A DNA stretch of 64,000 nt from contig CAVUDW010000002.1 of assembly GCA_963740355.1 (NCBI GenBank), positions 1,312,001 to 1,376,000 of the forward strand, in the 5' to 3' direction. The notes under the pieces were generated by a model. It was not told the origin of the DNA. It did not search any database and saw only the letters and a program-made list of their open reading frames with translations. The stretch comes from an uncultured Gemmatimonadaceae bacterium. Lineage in GTDB: Bacteria > Gemmatimonadota > Gemmatimonadetes > Gemmatimonadales > Gemmatimonadaceae. Position numbers and translations under genes: made by a program. Shown here piece after piece: positions 36,792-47,169 of this stretch (the first letter of the stretch is position 1; each line of letters begins with the position of its first letter).

Positions 36792-39029
36792 ATGAAGAAT
36801 TCACAGTGCTTTGCGTCGTCGGGCCCGGGCCTCGTTGCTGCCGCGCTGCTGTGTTTCGCAGCGCCGGTGATATGCCATGCGCAGGTACGGGCAGACACGG
36901 CTGCGGGGCGACGAGACTCGGTCGCGCGACGGATCGCTGGTGTGGTCGTCACCGCGCCGCGACGGCCGGGAAGCGTGAGTACGGCACCACGAATCGTGGC
37001 GGGGATGCTCACGACCGGCGCCAAGTCGGAAGTCGTGTCCGTGTCCGGCTCGACCACCAACGTCGCGGAGAAAGTCGGACGCCAACTCTTCGCCGAAGTT
37101 CCGGGCGTGTTCGTGTACGACATGGACGGCAGCGGCAATCAGGTCAACATCTCGGCCCGTGGACTCGACGCGCATCGGTCGTGGGAATTCAACGTCAGGC
37201 AGAACGGCGTCAGCACGAACTCTGACACCTATGGGTATCCGGCCAGTCACTACAGCGCGCCGATGGAAGCCATCGAGCGCGTGGAGCTGGTTCGCGGTAC
37301 GGCCGCGTTACAGTATGGCGCGCAGTTTGGTGGTGTGATCAACTATGTCGTGCGCACGCCGGACACGACGCGTGCGGCAAGTGTCGAGTCGCGGAGTTCG
37401 GCCGGTGGCTTCGGACTGCGCAGCACGTACAACGCGGTGGGTGGCAAGATCGGCCGCGTCACCTACTACGTCTATGGATCGGCGCGACGCTCGGATGGAT
37501 ATCGCGCCAACGGCCGCTCGGAATCCGATGCCGAATTTCTTACGGCCAGCGCGCCGCTTTCGCGCTCGATGATCCTGCGTGCCGAGGTTGGGCGCAGCCG
37601 CTATCTGTACCAGCAGCCCGGCCCGCTCACCGACGCGATGTTCGATGCGAATCCGCGTGCGTCGACGCGCTCGCGCAACTTCTACAGCCCCGACATTTTG
37701 GTGCCGTCGCTGACGCTGACGTGGACGCCTCGCGCCACGACGCGTGCCACGCTGCAGGCTTCAGGAGTCTTCGGCAGTCGCAGCAGTGTGGCGGTCGGGG
37801 GATTTGCAAATGCACCTGACACGGCATCGCTGGCTGGAGTGTTCAGCGCACGCCAGGTGGACATCGATCGCTACGACAGTCGCACGCTCGAGCTGCGTGT
37901 GATGCAGGACGTGCACGTAGCGTCGAAGCCCGCCACGCTGGTGGGCGGAGTTTCGCTGGCCGACAACGATCTCTGGCGCCGCCAGCGGGGGACAGGGTCG
38001 CGCGGCTCGGACTACGATCTCGACCTGCAGCCCGGCGCCGCATTCCAGCGCAATCTTCACTACCTCACCAAGAACGCGGCCGTCTTCTCCGAACTCGAAC
38101 TGCGGCTCTCGCCCGAATGGTGCATCGTGCCCGGATTCCGGGTCGAACGCGGCACGACACGGATGCGCGGATCACTCGCCTATTACGACCCGGCCGATAC
38201 CCCGCGCGACGTATCACACAACTTTCCGCTGTTCGGTGTGCGGTCTGCTTACAAACTCTCCCGTGGGGGCGAATGGTACAGCGGCTTCAGTCAGGCATAC
38301 CGTCCGATGATCCTCAAGGACCTGCTGCCAGAAACCGCGAGTGAGCGCACCGATACCTCGATCCGTGACGCGCGTGGCTGGACGTTGGAATCGGGCCTGC
38401 GCCGCGGTTACGCCAATGGCATCAGCTACGACGTCTCGCTGTTTGCGATGCGCTACGCGAACCGGTTTGGCTTGCTGACGCTGTCCGATCCGGACGGCAC
38501 ACCGTACACGTACAAGACGAACGTGGGTACGACGCGCACCCTCGGGGTCGAAGCACGCCTCGGACTGCCCCTCGGCATCACCGGCGCCACCGCCTGGCGC
38601 GCCTTCTCGGCGGCATCGTTCATGGACGCGCGGTACGTCGGAGGGTCGTCCATCTCCGCCGGTACCAACGTCAGCATCGAAGGTAACGAAGTAGAGTCGG
38701 CACCCCGCTGGATCGCCCGCGGCGGACTGTCGGCGACGCATCAGCGATTCGACATCACGGCCCAGGTCAGCTACGTCAGTCGTACCTTCGCAGACGCACT
38801 CAACACGGTCACGCCCAGTGCCAATGGTGCGACCGGATTGGTCCCCGCCTACACACTCGTCGACCTGCACGGCGGAATCGTCGTGACGCGCTTCGTGAAA
38901 CTCTCCGGCGGCGTCAGTAACCTCCTCGACCGTCAATATTTCACAAAACGCCCCCAATTCTACCCCGGCCCCGGTGTCTGGCCGAGCGACGGCCGCAGCC
39001 TGTTTCTTTCGCTCGGCCTGAACCGCTGA
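36792..39029 (+). CDS. TonB-dependent receptor (FecA-like, non-SusC)
   Basis: Signal peptide ending CHA; plug motifs ISARGL and IERVELVRGTAALQYG; C-terminal NLLDRQYF...GRSLFLSL. Start moved to ATG 36792. Confidence 0.88.
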   Translation: MKNSQCFASSGPGLVAAALLCFAAPVICHAQVRADTAAGRRDSVARRIAGVVVTAPRRPGSVSTAPRIVAGMLTTGAKSEVVSVSGSTTNVAEKVGRQLFAEVPGVFVYDMDGSGNQVNISARGLDAHRSWEFNVRQNGVSTNSDTYGYPASHYSAPMEAIERVELVRGTAALQYGAQFGGVINYVVRTPDTTRAASVESRSSAGGFGLRSTYNAVGGKIGRVTYYVYGSARRSDGYRANGRSESDAEFLTASAPLSRSMILRAEVGRSRYLYQQPGPLTDAMFDANPRASTRSRNFYSPDILVPSLTLTWTPRATTRATLQASGVFGSRSSVAVGGFANAPDTASLAGVFSARQVDIDRYDSRTLELRVMQDVHVASKPATLVGGVSLADNDLWRRQRGTGSRGSDYDLDLQPGAAFQRNLHYLTKNAAVFSELELRLSPEWCIVPGFRVERGTTRMRGSLAYYDPADTPRDVSHNFPLFGVRSAYKLSRGGEWYSGFSQAYRPMILKDLLPETASERTDTSIRDARGWTLESGLRRGYANGISYDVSLFAMRYANRFGLLTLSDPDGTPYTYKTNVGTTRTLGVEARLGLPLGITGATAWRAFSAASFMDARYVGGSSISAGTNVSIEGNEVESAPRWIARGGLSATHQRFDITAQVSYVSRTFADALNTVTPSANGATGLVPAYTLVDLHGGIVVTRFVKLSGGVSNLLDRQYFTKRPQFYPGPGVWPSDGRSLFLSLGLNR

Positions 39030-39031
39030 TC

Positions 39032-39364
39032 GCGCGCGGCTCCGCCGCCAACGGTCAACACTTCCTCACGCGGAGGCGCGGAGGACCGCGGAGCCGCGGA
39101 GATTCGCTTGCGGCAGCCGCCCCGCGTGTGACTCGGAGGTTAACTGCAGGGGAACTGCGCTCGCCTGCGCCACATTCCAGCCGGTGCGCCGCCCTCACGC
39201 ACGGATCTCCGCTTCGCACGCCGACCATTCCAAAGAGGCAGTTGCAGTTCGGTCCGTGTGGACCCCTCCGCCGCCACAGGCGTCGAAGTGCTGTTCCCCG
39301 CGGCTCCGCGTCCCCCGCGCCTCCGCGTGAGGGAGTGTGGACCGAAGCCGCCACAGGCGTCCCG
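39032..39364 (+). repeat. Hairpin repeat family A, copy 2 (333 nt)
   Basis: Direct repeat of 36227-36636 without the 77-nt duplication; starts at the third base after the receptor stop codon. Confidence 0.9.
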
Positions 39365-39390
39365 AATGTGAGTGGCGCGCACAAACGCCG

Positions 39391-41244
39391 TCAGAACACG
39401 CAGCTGGCCCGAGCAGGAATGGTGAGCGTGATTCCTGCAGCGTCAGACACTGGAGCCGCGCAGGTCTTGAGCACATCGGCACCGAGCGTCATGGGAGGCA
39501 GTTTCACGACAGCTGGCGTGGTGCCGTTGTTGATCGCGACCACGGTGCGGCCGCGACGGTAGACGTACGACTGGTCGTCCGCAAAGAGATTCTCGGTGCG
39601 ACCGTTGCGCAGGTCGGCGCGTGAGGCGCGGAGCTGCAGCAACGTCTGCAGGTGCGTGAAGACGCCTTGCTCGATGTCCGTGCGGCCCGTCGTCTCGAAG
39701 GCGTTGCGCGGGTCTTCCTTCCAGCCGCCGGGGAAATCGCGACGATTGTCCGGGTCGTTGCCGCCCGGGAGCGCAATCTCGTCGCCGTAGTAGATCAGCG
39801 GTGTGCCACGGGCGGTGGCGAGGAAGGTGAAGGCCAGCTTGAGGCCAGCACTCGTTGCGCCGGGCTCGTTCATGAAGCGATTCACGTCATGAAGGCCGAG
39901 CAGCGTCACGAGGGCGTCCGGATTCGGATAGAGATGATCACGCGCCAGCATCTGCGGCACGGCGCGGATCGAGCCGCCACGAGCGAAGACGTTGCGCAGC
40001 GTGAAGTGGATCGGGAAGTCGAAGAGTGCGTCGACCTTGTCGTCGATACCATCGGCCTGCGTCTTGCCACCCTGGAAGAAGCTGACGAAAGTCGGGTCGC
40101 CATCGAGCACTTCGCCAACAACCTTGAGCTTCGGATACTCCTTCTTGATCGCGGTCATCCAGTCACGCCAGAAAGTGCGCGGTACATACGGCCAAGTGTC
40201 CTGACGGATGCCATCCATGCCGCTCATGCCCACCCACCAGAGCGTGTTCTGGATGATGTAGCGGGCCACTTCCGGATCGTCCTGGTTGAAGTCGGGCAGG
40301 ATGTTGATGAACCACCCATCGAGCGTCTCGCGCCGCATTGCCGGCGTCGAGTACGGGTCGTGCAACGTCCACGTCTGCCAGGTGTTGTTCGGGTGATTCT
40401 CCGTCGTGCCGTGGAACCAGGTCGGCGTCGGCGAGTCGGCGGCCCATGGGTGGTACGGCCCGGTGTGATTCGCGACCATGTCGAGGATGATCTTGATGCC
40501 CATGCCGTGGGCTTCGTCGGTCACCGACTTGAAGAGCGCAATGTCGCCGAAGTGTTCGTCCACGGCATACATGTCGGTGGCGCCATAGCCGTGGTAGTCG
40601 GCCATCGGCTGGCCATCGTACATCTCCTTCCGGTTCAGCGCGTTGTTGTTGTCGTACAACGGATTGAGCCAGATCGCCGTGATGCCCAGCTGCTTCAGGT
40701 ACGGCAACTTGCGCCGCAGCCCTTCGAGGTCGCCGCCGTGGTAGTAGCGCGTCTTGCTGCGGTCGTGCAAGCCAGTCGAGACCGACGGGTTGTCGTTGGT
40801 CGTGTCGCCGTTCGCAAACCGATCAGGCATGACGAGGTACATCGCGTCATCCTGGTTGAAGCCCTGGAAGCGGCCAGCGCGTGCCAGTGGCGCTGTGACG
40901 GTGAAAGGCACTGGTGCGCTGCCGGCACCAGTCGTCAGTGTCAGCGGATACGCGCCCGGTCGTGCGGTGGCCGGAATCGTCACGTCCACGAAGGCGTACG
41001 TGCCGGCCGCACTGACCTTCACGCGCGCACAGGTCAGTCGCGGACAGGTGAGGCGGGCGCCCGTCAGGTTCTTGCCGCGAATCAGGACGCGCACCGGGTT
41101 CACCGTGTGCTGGCCCCACCAGTTCGGTGGATCCACCTTCTCGATCACCGGGGCCTGCGCGCTGATCGTCGACGCGGCGACGACCAAGACGAGGCAGGCG
41201 CGTCGGACGACCTGCGCAGTGAATGAACGCAAGGAGATCATCAT
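39391..41244 (-). CDS. GH13 cyclomaltodextrinase/neopullulanase (SusA-like), secreted
   Basis: Signal peptide; KVDPPNWW N-domain, MPDRFANGD, DMVANH, GIRQDT, VGEV, LHD. Confidence 0.9.
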   Translation of the reverse strand: MMISLRSFTAQVVRRACLVLVVAASTISAQAPVIEKVDPPNWWGQHTVNPVRVLIRGKNLTGARLTCPRLTCARVKVSAAGTYAFVDVTIPATARPGAYPLTLTTGAGSAPVPFTVTAPLARAGRFQGFNQDDAMYLVMPDRFANGDTTNDNPSVSTGLHDRSKTRYYHGGDLEGLRRKLPYLKQLGITAIWLNPLYDNNNALNRKEMYDGQPMADYHGYGATDMYAVDEHFGDIALFKSVTDEAHGMGIKIILDMVANHTGPYHPWAADSPTPTWFHGTTENHPNNTWQTWTLHDPYSTPAMRRETLDGWFINILPDFNQDDPEVARYIIQNTLWWVGMSGMDGIRQDTWPYVPRTFWRDWMTAIKKEYPKLKVVGEVLDGDPTFVSFFQGGKTQADGIDDKVDALFDFPIHFTLRNVFARGGSIRAVPQMLARDHLYPNPDALVTLLGLHDVNRFMNEPGATSAGLKLAFTFLATARGTPLIYYGDEIALPGGNDPDNRRDFPGGWKEDPRNAFETTGRTDIEQGVFTHLQTLLQLRASRADLRNGRTENLFADDQSYVYRRGRTVVAINNGTTPAVVKLPPMTLGADVLKTCAAPVSDAAGITLTIPARASCVF

Positions 41245-42714
41245 TCAGCGGTCATAGGTTTTCACCAGCGTCGCCAACCGCTTGGTGATATCGGGTGTCA
41301 GCTGATCCCAGCTGAAACGGAATGCCCAGTTGCCGGACGACTTGCCCGGTGTGTTCATGCGCGTCTCGCTGCCCGTGCCCAGAATGTCCTGCATTGGGAT
41401 CAGCACTGTGTTCGCCACCGACGCGAGGCCCACGCGGATCAGGGTCCAGTTCATCTCACTGCCGTCGGTGCCGAGATACTGCAGCGCGTACGCCTTCTCG
41501 CGCGTGACTTCATCCGACGAGCGCGTCGAATCGCTCTGCCCGGTCGAGTTCCACCAACCCATCGTGGTGTCGTTGTCGTGGGTGCCGGTGTACACCACAC
41601 GGTCACGCGGGAAGTTGTGCGGCTTGAACTCGTGCGCCTGCCCGTCGCCGCCAAACGCGAACTGGAGGATGCTCATGCCAGGGAAGTCGAACTGCGCTCG
41701 CAACGCCTCCACTTCCGGCGTGATCAGTCCAAGATTTTCGGCCACGATCGGCAGCTTGCCGAGCGCCTTTTCGATCGCGATGAAGAGGTCAGCGCCAGGT
41801 CCCTCGACCCACTGACCCTTTTCCGCGGTGACAGCCTCGCCCGGCACTTCCCAGTAGGCCTCGAAACCGCGGAAGTGATCGAGTCGCACGCTGTCGAACA
41901 TCTGGAAGGCCGAGCGCATGCGATGGATCCACCAGGCATAGCCAGTCTCCTTCATGCGCGGCCAGTCGTAGATCGGATTGCCCCAGCACTGACCGGTGGC
42001 CGAGAAGTAGTCAGGCGGCACGCCGGCCTGCACCAGCTTGTGGCCATCTTCGTCGAGCATGAAGCAGTCACGATTCGCCCACACATCGGCGCTGTCAGCT
42101 GCAACGTAGATCGGCAGGTCGCCCATCAACTCGATGTGGCGTTCCTTCGCTGCAGCCTTGAGGGCGTAGAACTGCGTGAAGAAGAAATACTGCTCGATCT
42201 GGTAGCGCTGGATGCTGTCGGCGAGCTTCGTCCTCCAGGCGGCGAGAGCCGTGGGTTCGCGGGTCGCCGCGCCCTTTTCCCAACGCGTCCACTCCACGCC
42301 GTCGTGTGCTTCCTTGAGCGCCATGAAGAGCGCATAGTCCGGCAGCCACGATTCGTTGGCACGCACGAAGGCGAAGTAGCGGTCGTCCGGCTTGTACGTC
42401 GACAGGTGCTTCCGCACGCGTGCGCGCTTGTACGGAATCACATGTTCGAAGTCCACGTGGTGTGCTGGAAAACTCGCGTCATCCTCGCCCGGCACATGGA
42501 TCAACAGCGGATTGCCAGCGAAGGCCGAGAAGCACTGATAGGGCGAGTCGCCATAACCAGTCGGACCGACCGGGAGCATCTGCCAGATCTTCAGGCCTGA
42601 TTGCGCCATGAAGTCGAGGAACGTGTGGGCGTCGGGACCGAGGTCACCGATGCCGCCGGCGCCGGGAAGGGAGGTCGGATGCAGCAGGACGCCAGCAGCT
42701 CGTGGAAAAGTCAT
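41245..42714 (-). CDS. malQ: 4-alpha-glucanotransferase (amylomaltase, GH77)
   Basis: GVLLHPTSLPG, SPYQCFSAFAGNP, GVPPDYFSATGQCWGNP, RLDHFRG, YTGTHDNDT; start at ATG 42714. Confidence 0.95.
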   Translation of the reverse strand: MTFPRAAGVLLHPTSLPGAGGIGDLGPDAHTFLDFMAQSGLKIWQMLPVGPTGYGDSPYQCFSAFAGNPLLIHVPGEDDASFPAHHVDFEHVIPYKRARVRKHLSTYKPDDRYFAFVRANESWLPDYALFMALKEAHDGVEWTRWEKGAATREPTALAAWRTKLADSIQRYQIEQYFFFTQFYALKAAAKERHIELMGDLPIYVAADSADVWANRDCFMLDEDGHKLVQAGVPPDYFSATGQCWGNPIYDWPRMKETGYAWWIHRMRSAFQMFDSVRLDHFRGFEAYWEVPGEAVTAEKGQWVEGPGADLFIAIEKALGKLPIVAENLGLITPEVEALRAQFDFPGMSILQFAFGGDGQAHEFKPHNFPRDRVVYTGTHDNDTTMGWWNSTGQSDSTRSSDEVTREKAYALQYLGTDGSEMNWTLIRVGLASVANTVLIPMQDILGTGSETRMNTPGKSSGNWAFRFSWDQLTPDITKRLATLVKTYDR

Positions 42715-42873
42715 CGGTGCGGTACGGGTCGGATGCGGTCGGCCGGGACGGTCAGGTCCGTCGAAGGCGGCGTGGACTGGGGGGTATGGTGGCGCATCCC
42801 TCGCGGTTCCGCTACGGGGAGCGACCGTCGCGGGGGAGCGGCGGGACGGCGCTGGCCGCGCTACACTGCTCAA

Positions 42874-43776
42874 ATGACTGACGAATCCGAAATCGAGCTG
42901 CAATCGGGCGACTGGACGGCCGTGGTGTCGTCGCGTGGCGCCAGCCTGCGAACCCTCAATTGGCAGGGCCATGCGGTCGTGGCTGGGTATCGCGGCACGG
43001 CCAACAAGCAGGGCGGGCAAGGGGACGTATTGATCCCGTTTCCCGGACGGGTAGCCGGCGGCAGCTATCGCTGGGATGGCCTCGACTATCAGATGGCCAC
43101 CAACGACAAGGATGGCCCCAACGCCATTCACGGCTTCGTGCGCACGGTGGACTGGGCGGTGGAGTCGCGCAGTCTCTATTCGGCGGCCTTCACGCAGCGG
43201 TTCCCGGGGGCGCAGGGTTATCCGTTCCCGCTCACGCTGCGGATCGAGTACAGCCTCGATGCCAATGGACTTCAGGTCGACACGGCCATCACCAACAGCG
43301 GTTCGCATGATGCGCCGGTCGCGATGGGGTTCCACCCCTACTTCACCGTCGGCTCGGCCCAGGTGGATACCGACACGCTGACGCTGCCGTTCAACGAAGT
43401 CCTCGAGTTCGAGAACCTGATTCCGACCGGGCGTGTGCTGTCGGTGGAGGAGGCGGGGCTCGACTTCCGCACTGGCCGCGTGATCGGCGACACGAAGTTC
43501 AATCACTGCTTCGCCAGCCCCACGCGTGGCCCCGATGGATTGGCGCGCGTCCGCCTCAGCTACGGGCTGCGGGCCTTTGCCGTCTGGATGGACGAAAGCT
43601 TCGACTACGTGGTGATCTATACCGGCGAAGCGCTGCCTGCGGGACTGAAGCGGGCCAGCATCGCGATCGAGCCAATGTCCAGCGCCACCGACGCCCTCAA
43701 TCATCCGGAATGGGGATTGCACCGTCTGAACATCGGCTCGACGCTCGCGTCACAGTGGGGCGTCACGTTCGGCTGA
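42874..43776 (+). CDS. Aldose 1-epimerase (mutarotase) family protein
   Basis: PFPGRV, NAIHG, GFHPYF, IAIEP; start moved to ATG 42874. Confidence 0.85.
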   Translation: MTDESEIELQSGDWTAVVSSRGASLRTLNWQGHAVVAGYRGTANKQGGQGDVLIPFPGRVAGGSYRWDGLDYQMATNDKDGPNAIHGFVRTVDWAVESRSLYSAAFTQRFPGAQGYPFPLTLRIEYSLDANGLQVDTAITNSGSHDAPVAMGFHPYFTVGSAQVDTDTLTLPFNEVLEFENLIPTGRVLSVEEAGLDFRTGRVIGDTKFNHCFASPTRGPDGLARVRLSYGLRAFAVWMDESFDYVVIYTGEALPAGLKRASIAIEPMSSATDALNHPEWGLHRLNIGSTLASQWGVTFG

Positions 43777-43829
43777 GGTCGGCGATGCGACGCCTGCTGC
43801 CACACTCGCGGCAGGCGTAGCTTTCCGGC

Positions 43830-45194
43830 ATGACACTTCGACATTTCCTCGCGCTGGGTGCCCTAGCACTGGCGCCGACGCTGAGCGGAGCGCAGGCCGC
43901 CCGACTTCGCGTGCCGTACACGCTCGACACGCTCCCCAATGGCCTGACGCTGATCGTGCACGAGGATCACTCGGTGCCGATCGTCACCACCAACGTCTGG
44001 TTCCACGTCGGCTCCGGCGACGAGAAGGTCGGTCGCACCGGCTTTGCGCACCTGTTCGAGCACCTGATGTTCATGGGCTCACAGAATGCGCCCTATCCGC
44101 AATTCGATCGCCTGCTCGAAGCCGCTGGTGCCAACAACAACGGCTCGACCACCGAGGATCGCACCAACTACTACGAAGCGGGACCGAGTTCATCGCTCAA
44201 GCTGATGCTCTGGCTGGAGGCGGATCGACTTGGCTGGCTGCTGCCGACGATGGACAAGCCGAAGGTCGACGTGCAGCGCGACGTGGTGAAGAACGAGCGC
44301 CGACAGAGCTACGAGAATCAGCCGTACGGCATGGTGGCCGACTATCAGCCGAAGCTGATGTACCCTGCGGGGCATCCCTATTCGTGGCCGGTGATCGGCT
44401 CGATGGCCGACCTCAGTGCGGCCTCGGTGGATGACGTGAAGGACTTCTTCCGTCAGTACTACGCGCCGAACAACGCCACGCTGGTCGTCGCAGGCGATGT
44501 GAAGGCCGACGAGGTGCGTGCGCTGGTGCGCCAGTACTTCAGCGACATTCCGCGCGGCCCAGCCATCGAGCGCCCAACGCCGGCGCCATTCGTTGTGCAC
44601 GACACGGCCGTGACACTCGAAGATCGCGTGCAACTGGCTCGGCTCTACCTCAACTGGCACACGGTGAAGAGCACCGACGCTGACGCCGCGGCGTTGCAGG
44701 TGGCTGGCTATGTGCTCGCCGGTTCACGGACCAGTCGCCTCACGCAGGCACTCGTCTATCGTGGCGAGATCGCGACGGCGGTGCAGGCCTACAACGATGC
44801 CAAGCGTCTCGACGGTGACTTCAACATCGTGGCCACGGCGCGCCCTGGCGTGGCGCTGGACACGCTGCAAACGGTGATCGACCAGAACGTGCAACGCCTG
44901 GTTGCCGAGGGCCCGACGGGACGCGAGCTGGATCAGGCGCGTAATGCGATCGAGGCGTCGTTCCTGCGCAGCATCCAGACCGTCAGCGGCAAGGCCGACC
45001 AGCTGAACGAGTACTACTACCAGACCGGCAATCCCGATGGCTTCCAGGACGATCTCGACAAGCTGCGCGCCGTCACGGCCGCTGACATCCAGCGGGTGGT
45101 GCGCAAGTACCTGCAAGCGCCGCGTGTGACGATCTCGGTCGTTCCCCAGGGCAAGAAGGCCCTTGCCGCCACACCGAAGAAGGTGACCCAGTGA
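43830..45194 (+). CDS. M16 family zinc peptidase, catalytic subunit
   Basis: Signal peptide; inverted zincin HLFEH; KNERR. Confidence 0.92.
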   Translation: MTLRHFLALGALALAPTLSGAQAARLRVPYTLDTLPNGLTLIVHEDHSVPIVTTNVWFHVGSGDEKVGRTGFAHLFEHLMFMGSQNAPYPQFDRLLEAAGANNNGSTTEDRTNYYEAGPSSSLKLMLWLEADRLGWLLPTMDKPKVDVQRDVVKNERRQSYENQPYGMVADYQPKLMYPAGHPYSWPVIGSMADLSAASVDDVKDFFRQYYAPNNATLVVAGDVKADEVRALVRQYFSDIPRGPAIERPTPAPFVVHDTAVTLEDRVQLARLYLNWHTVKSTDADAAALQVAGYVLAGSRTSRLTQALVYRGEIATAVQAYNDAKRLDGDFNIVATARPGVALDTLQTVIDQNVQRLVAEGPTGRELDQARNAIEASFLRSIQTVSGKADQLNEYYYQTGNPDGFQDDLDKLRAVTAADIQRVVRKYLQAPRVTISVVPQGKKALAATPKKVTQ

Positions 45195-46624
45195 TCCGCC
45201 GTATTCTGTTCCTCGGCCTGCTCGCGCCTGCTGCCTTGTCGGCGCAGGCGGCATTCGATCGCACCAAGCCGCCAACGTTGCCAGCAGCGCCGAAGCTGGT
45301 GTTGCCGACAGTGGTGAACGCACGGCTCTCGAATGGCATTCCACTGCAGCTCGTCACGCAGACCGAAGTGCCGCTGGTGCAGGTGACGCTCTCGATCAGC
45401 GGTGGCTCGCGCCTCGATGGTACAGAGCCCGGCCTGGCATCGTTCACTGCCCGGATGCTGACGGAAAGTGCGGGCGGCAAGGATGTGAACGCACTGCAGA
45501 GCGAACTGGCGTTCCTCGGCGCGAACTTGTCGTCATCGTCGTCGTGGGATGCGTTCACGGTGTCGCTGAACGTGCCGAAGCGCTCGCTGGGCGCAGCGCT
45601 CGACCTGATGGCCGATGTCGTACAGCGCCCGGCCTTCACCTCGGCGGATGTTCGCCGTCAGCGTGAACTGCGCGCTGCTGGCATCCTGCAGCGCCGAGAT
45701 CAACCCAACGCACTCGCGACACTCGCGTTCAACACGATCGTTTTCCCGGTGGGGCATCCGTACCACAACTCGACTGATGGTGATTCGGCGACCACGGCGC
45801 GTCTCGACTCATCTTCGGTGCGGAAGTTCTACGAGCGGGCGTACGTGCCAGCGCGTGCGAAGTTCATCGTGGCGGGCGACATCACCGCCGCCGAGGCCAC
45901 GTCGCTGCTGGGTGCACGCTTTGGAGAGTGGAAGGCGACCGGCGCACCGATCGCCATCCCCACCGTGACTGTACAAGCGGTCGACAACACCGCCGTGAAG
46001 TTGTTCCTGGTGGACAAGCCGGGCGCCGCCCAATCGGTGATCGTGATCGGCGGACCAGGGGTGTCACGTTTCAGCCCCGACTATCCGGCGCTGGTGGTGA
46101 TGAACACGCTGCTCGGTGATTCCTTCTCGTCACGCCTCAACACCAACCTGCGCGAGACGAAAGGCTACACGTACGGCATCGGCTCGCGATTCGGGTTTGC
46201 GCCGATCCCGAACTCCTTCCGCATCTCGAGCGGTGTCCGGACCGACGTGACCGATTCGTCGCTGGTGGAAGTGTTCAAGGAACTGCGCTCGATCCAGAAC
46301 GCACCGGTCGACGCGACTGAACTCGCACGCGCGAAGGCGTACGTTGCGCTCGCCGTCCCTGGCAACTTCGAGACCAACGGCGACATCGCCGGCGAGCTGG
46401 GCGAGCTCAACACCTTCGGCCTCCCGCTGACGTCCGTGAGCCAGTTCATCACGCGGGTGAATGCGGTCACCGTTGCGGATGTGCAGCGGGTTGCGAAGAA
46501 GTACCTACCCGTCAATCGCGCGACCATCGTGGTCGTTGGTGATCTCGCCAAGATTCGCCCTGGCATCGAGGCGCTCAAGCTCGGAACCAGTTCGGTGCTC
46601 GACGCTGCCGCAATCGCGAAGTAG
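45191..46624 (+). CDS. M16 family peptidase, non-catalytic partner subunit
   Basis: Signal peptide; no HxxEH; R/Y motif SRLNTNLRETKGYTY; overlaps the upstream stop. Confidence 0.88.
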   Translation: MIRRILFLGLLAPAALSAQAAFDRTKPPTLPAAPKLVLPTVVNARLSNGIPLQLVTQTEVPLVQVTLSISGGSRLDGTEPGLASFTARMLTESAGGKDVNALQSELAFLGANLSSSSSWDAFTVSLNVPKRSLGAALDLMADVVQRPAFTSADVRRQRELRAAGILQRRDQPNALATLAFNTIVFPVGHPYHNSTDGDSATTARLDSSSVRKFYERAYVPARAKFIVAGDITAAEATSLLGARFGEWKATGAPIAIPTVTVQAVDNTAVKLFLVDKPGAAQSVIVIGGPGVSRFSPDYPALVVMNTLLGDSFSSRLNTNLRETKGYTYGIGSRFGFAPIPNSFRISSGVRTDVTDSSLVEVFKELRSIQNAPVDATELARAKAYVALAVPGNFETNGDIAGELGELNTFGLPLTSVSQFITRVNAVTVADVQRVAKKYLPVNRATIVVVGDLAKIRPGIEALKLGTSSVLDAAAIAK

Positions 46625-46641
46625 TTCTGTCTCGGTGGGGC

Positions 46642-47124
46642 GCAGCAAGAGCAACAGCAACTGCAACTGCAATGGGAGCGGAGGCCACGGAGCTCACGGA
46701 GTGCTTCGGTTGCAGCGCTCCGTGAAGCGCGGGGCTTCCTCGACTTGAAGGGCGAAGGGAGCGGCAGAGAGGTTGCGCAGTTCCTCATTTCTTAAGGTGG
46801 AAATCCGGTGACAGTGCACTCATTCCATCGGAATGAGTGCACTGTCACCGGATTTCGTGTCACCGTATTTCGGCCGTGGCCTCTCCCTCATTGCTGTTGC
46901 GCTTCGCTTCAACAGCAACTGCAACAGCAACTGCAATGGGAGCGGAGGCCACGGAGCTCACGGAGTGCTTCGGTTGCAGCGTCCCGTGCAGCGCGGGACT
47001 TCCTCGACTTGAAGGGCGAAGGGAGCGGCGGAGAGGTTGTGCAGTTCCTCATTTCTTAAGGTGGCGCTGCACCTACCTCGGCGATCAGAGCACTCCGTGA
47101 GCTCCGTGGCCTCCCCCTCATTGC
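46642..47124 (+). repeat. Hairpin repeat family B, tandem copies B1 (46642-46900, interrupted) and B2 (46910-47124, intact)
   Basis: B2 has a perfect 26-bp inverted repeat ggaggccacggagctcacggagtgct (46944-46969 / 47089-47114) around a 119-nt core; GCAAC(A/T) hexamer runs precede each copy. Confidence 0.9.
46800..46856. repeat. 57-bp perfect palindrome (REP-like), copy 1, inside B1
   Basis: gaaatccggtgacagtgcactcattcc-atc-ggaatgagtgcactgtcaccggatttc. Confidence 0.92.
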
Positions 47125-47169
47125 CGTAGCTCTTCGCGCGCGACCGCGGTAGCGCTGGCGCGCCGGAAG

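Noticed and set aside
43830..46624. M16 gene pair as a novel system
   Set aside because: Catalytic plus non-catalytic heterodimeric M16B peptidases are well known.
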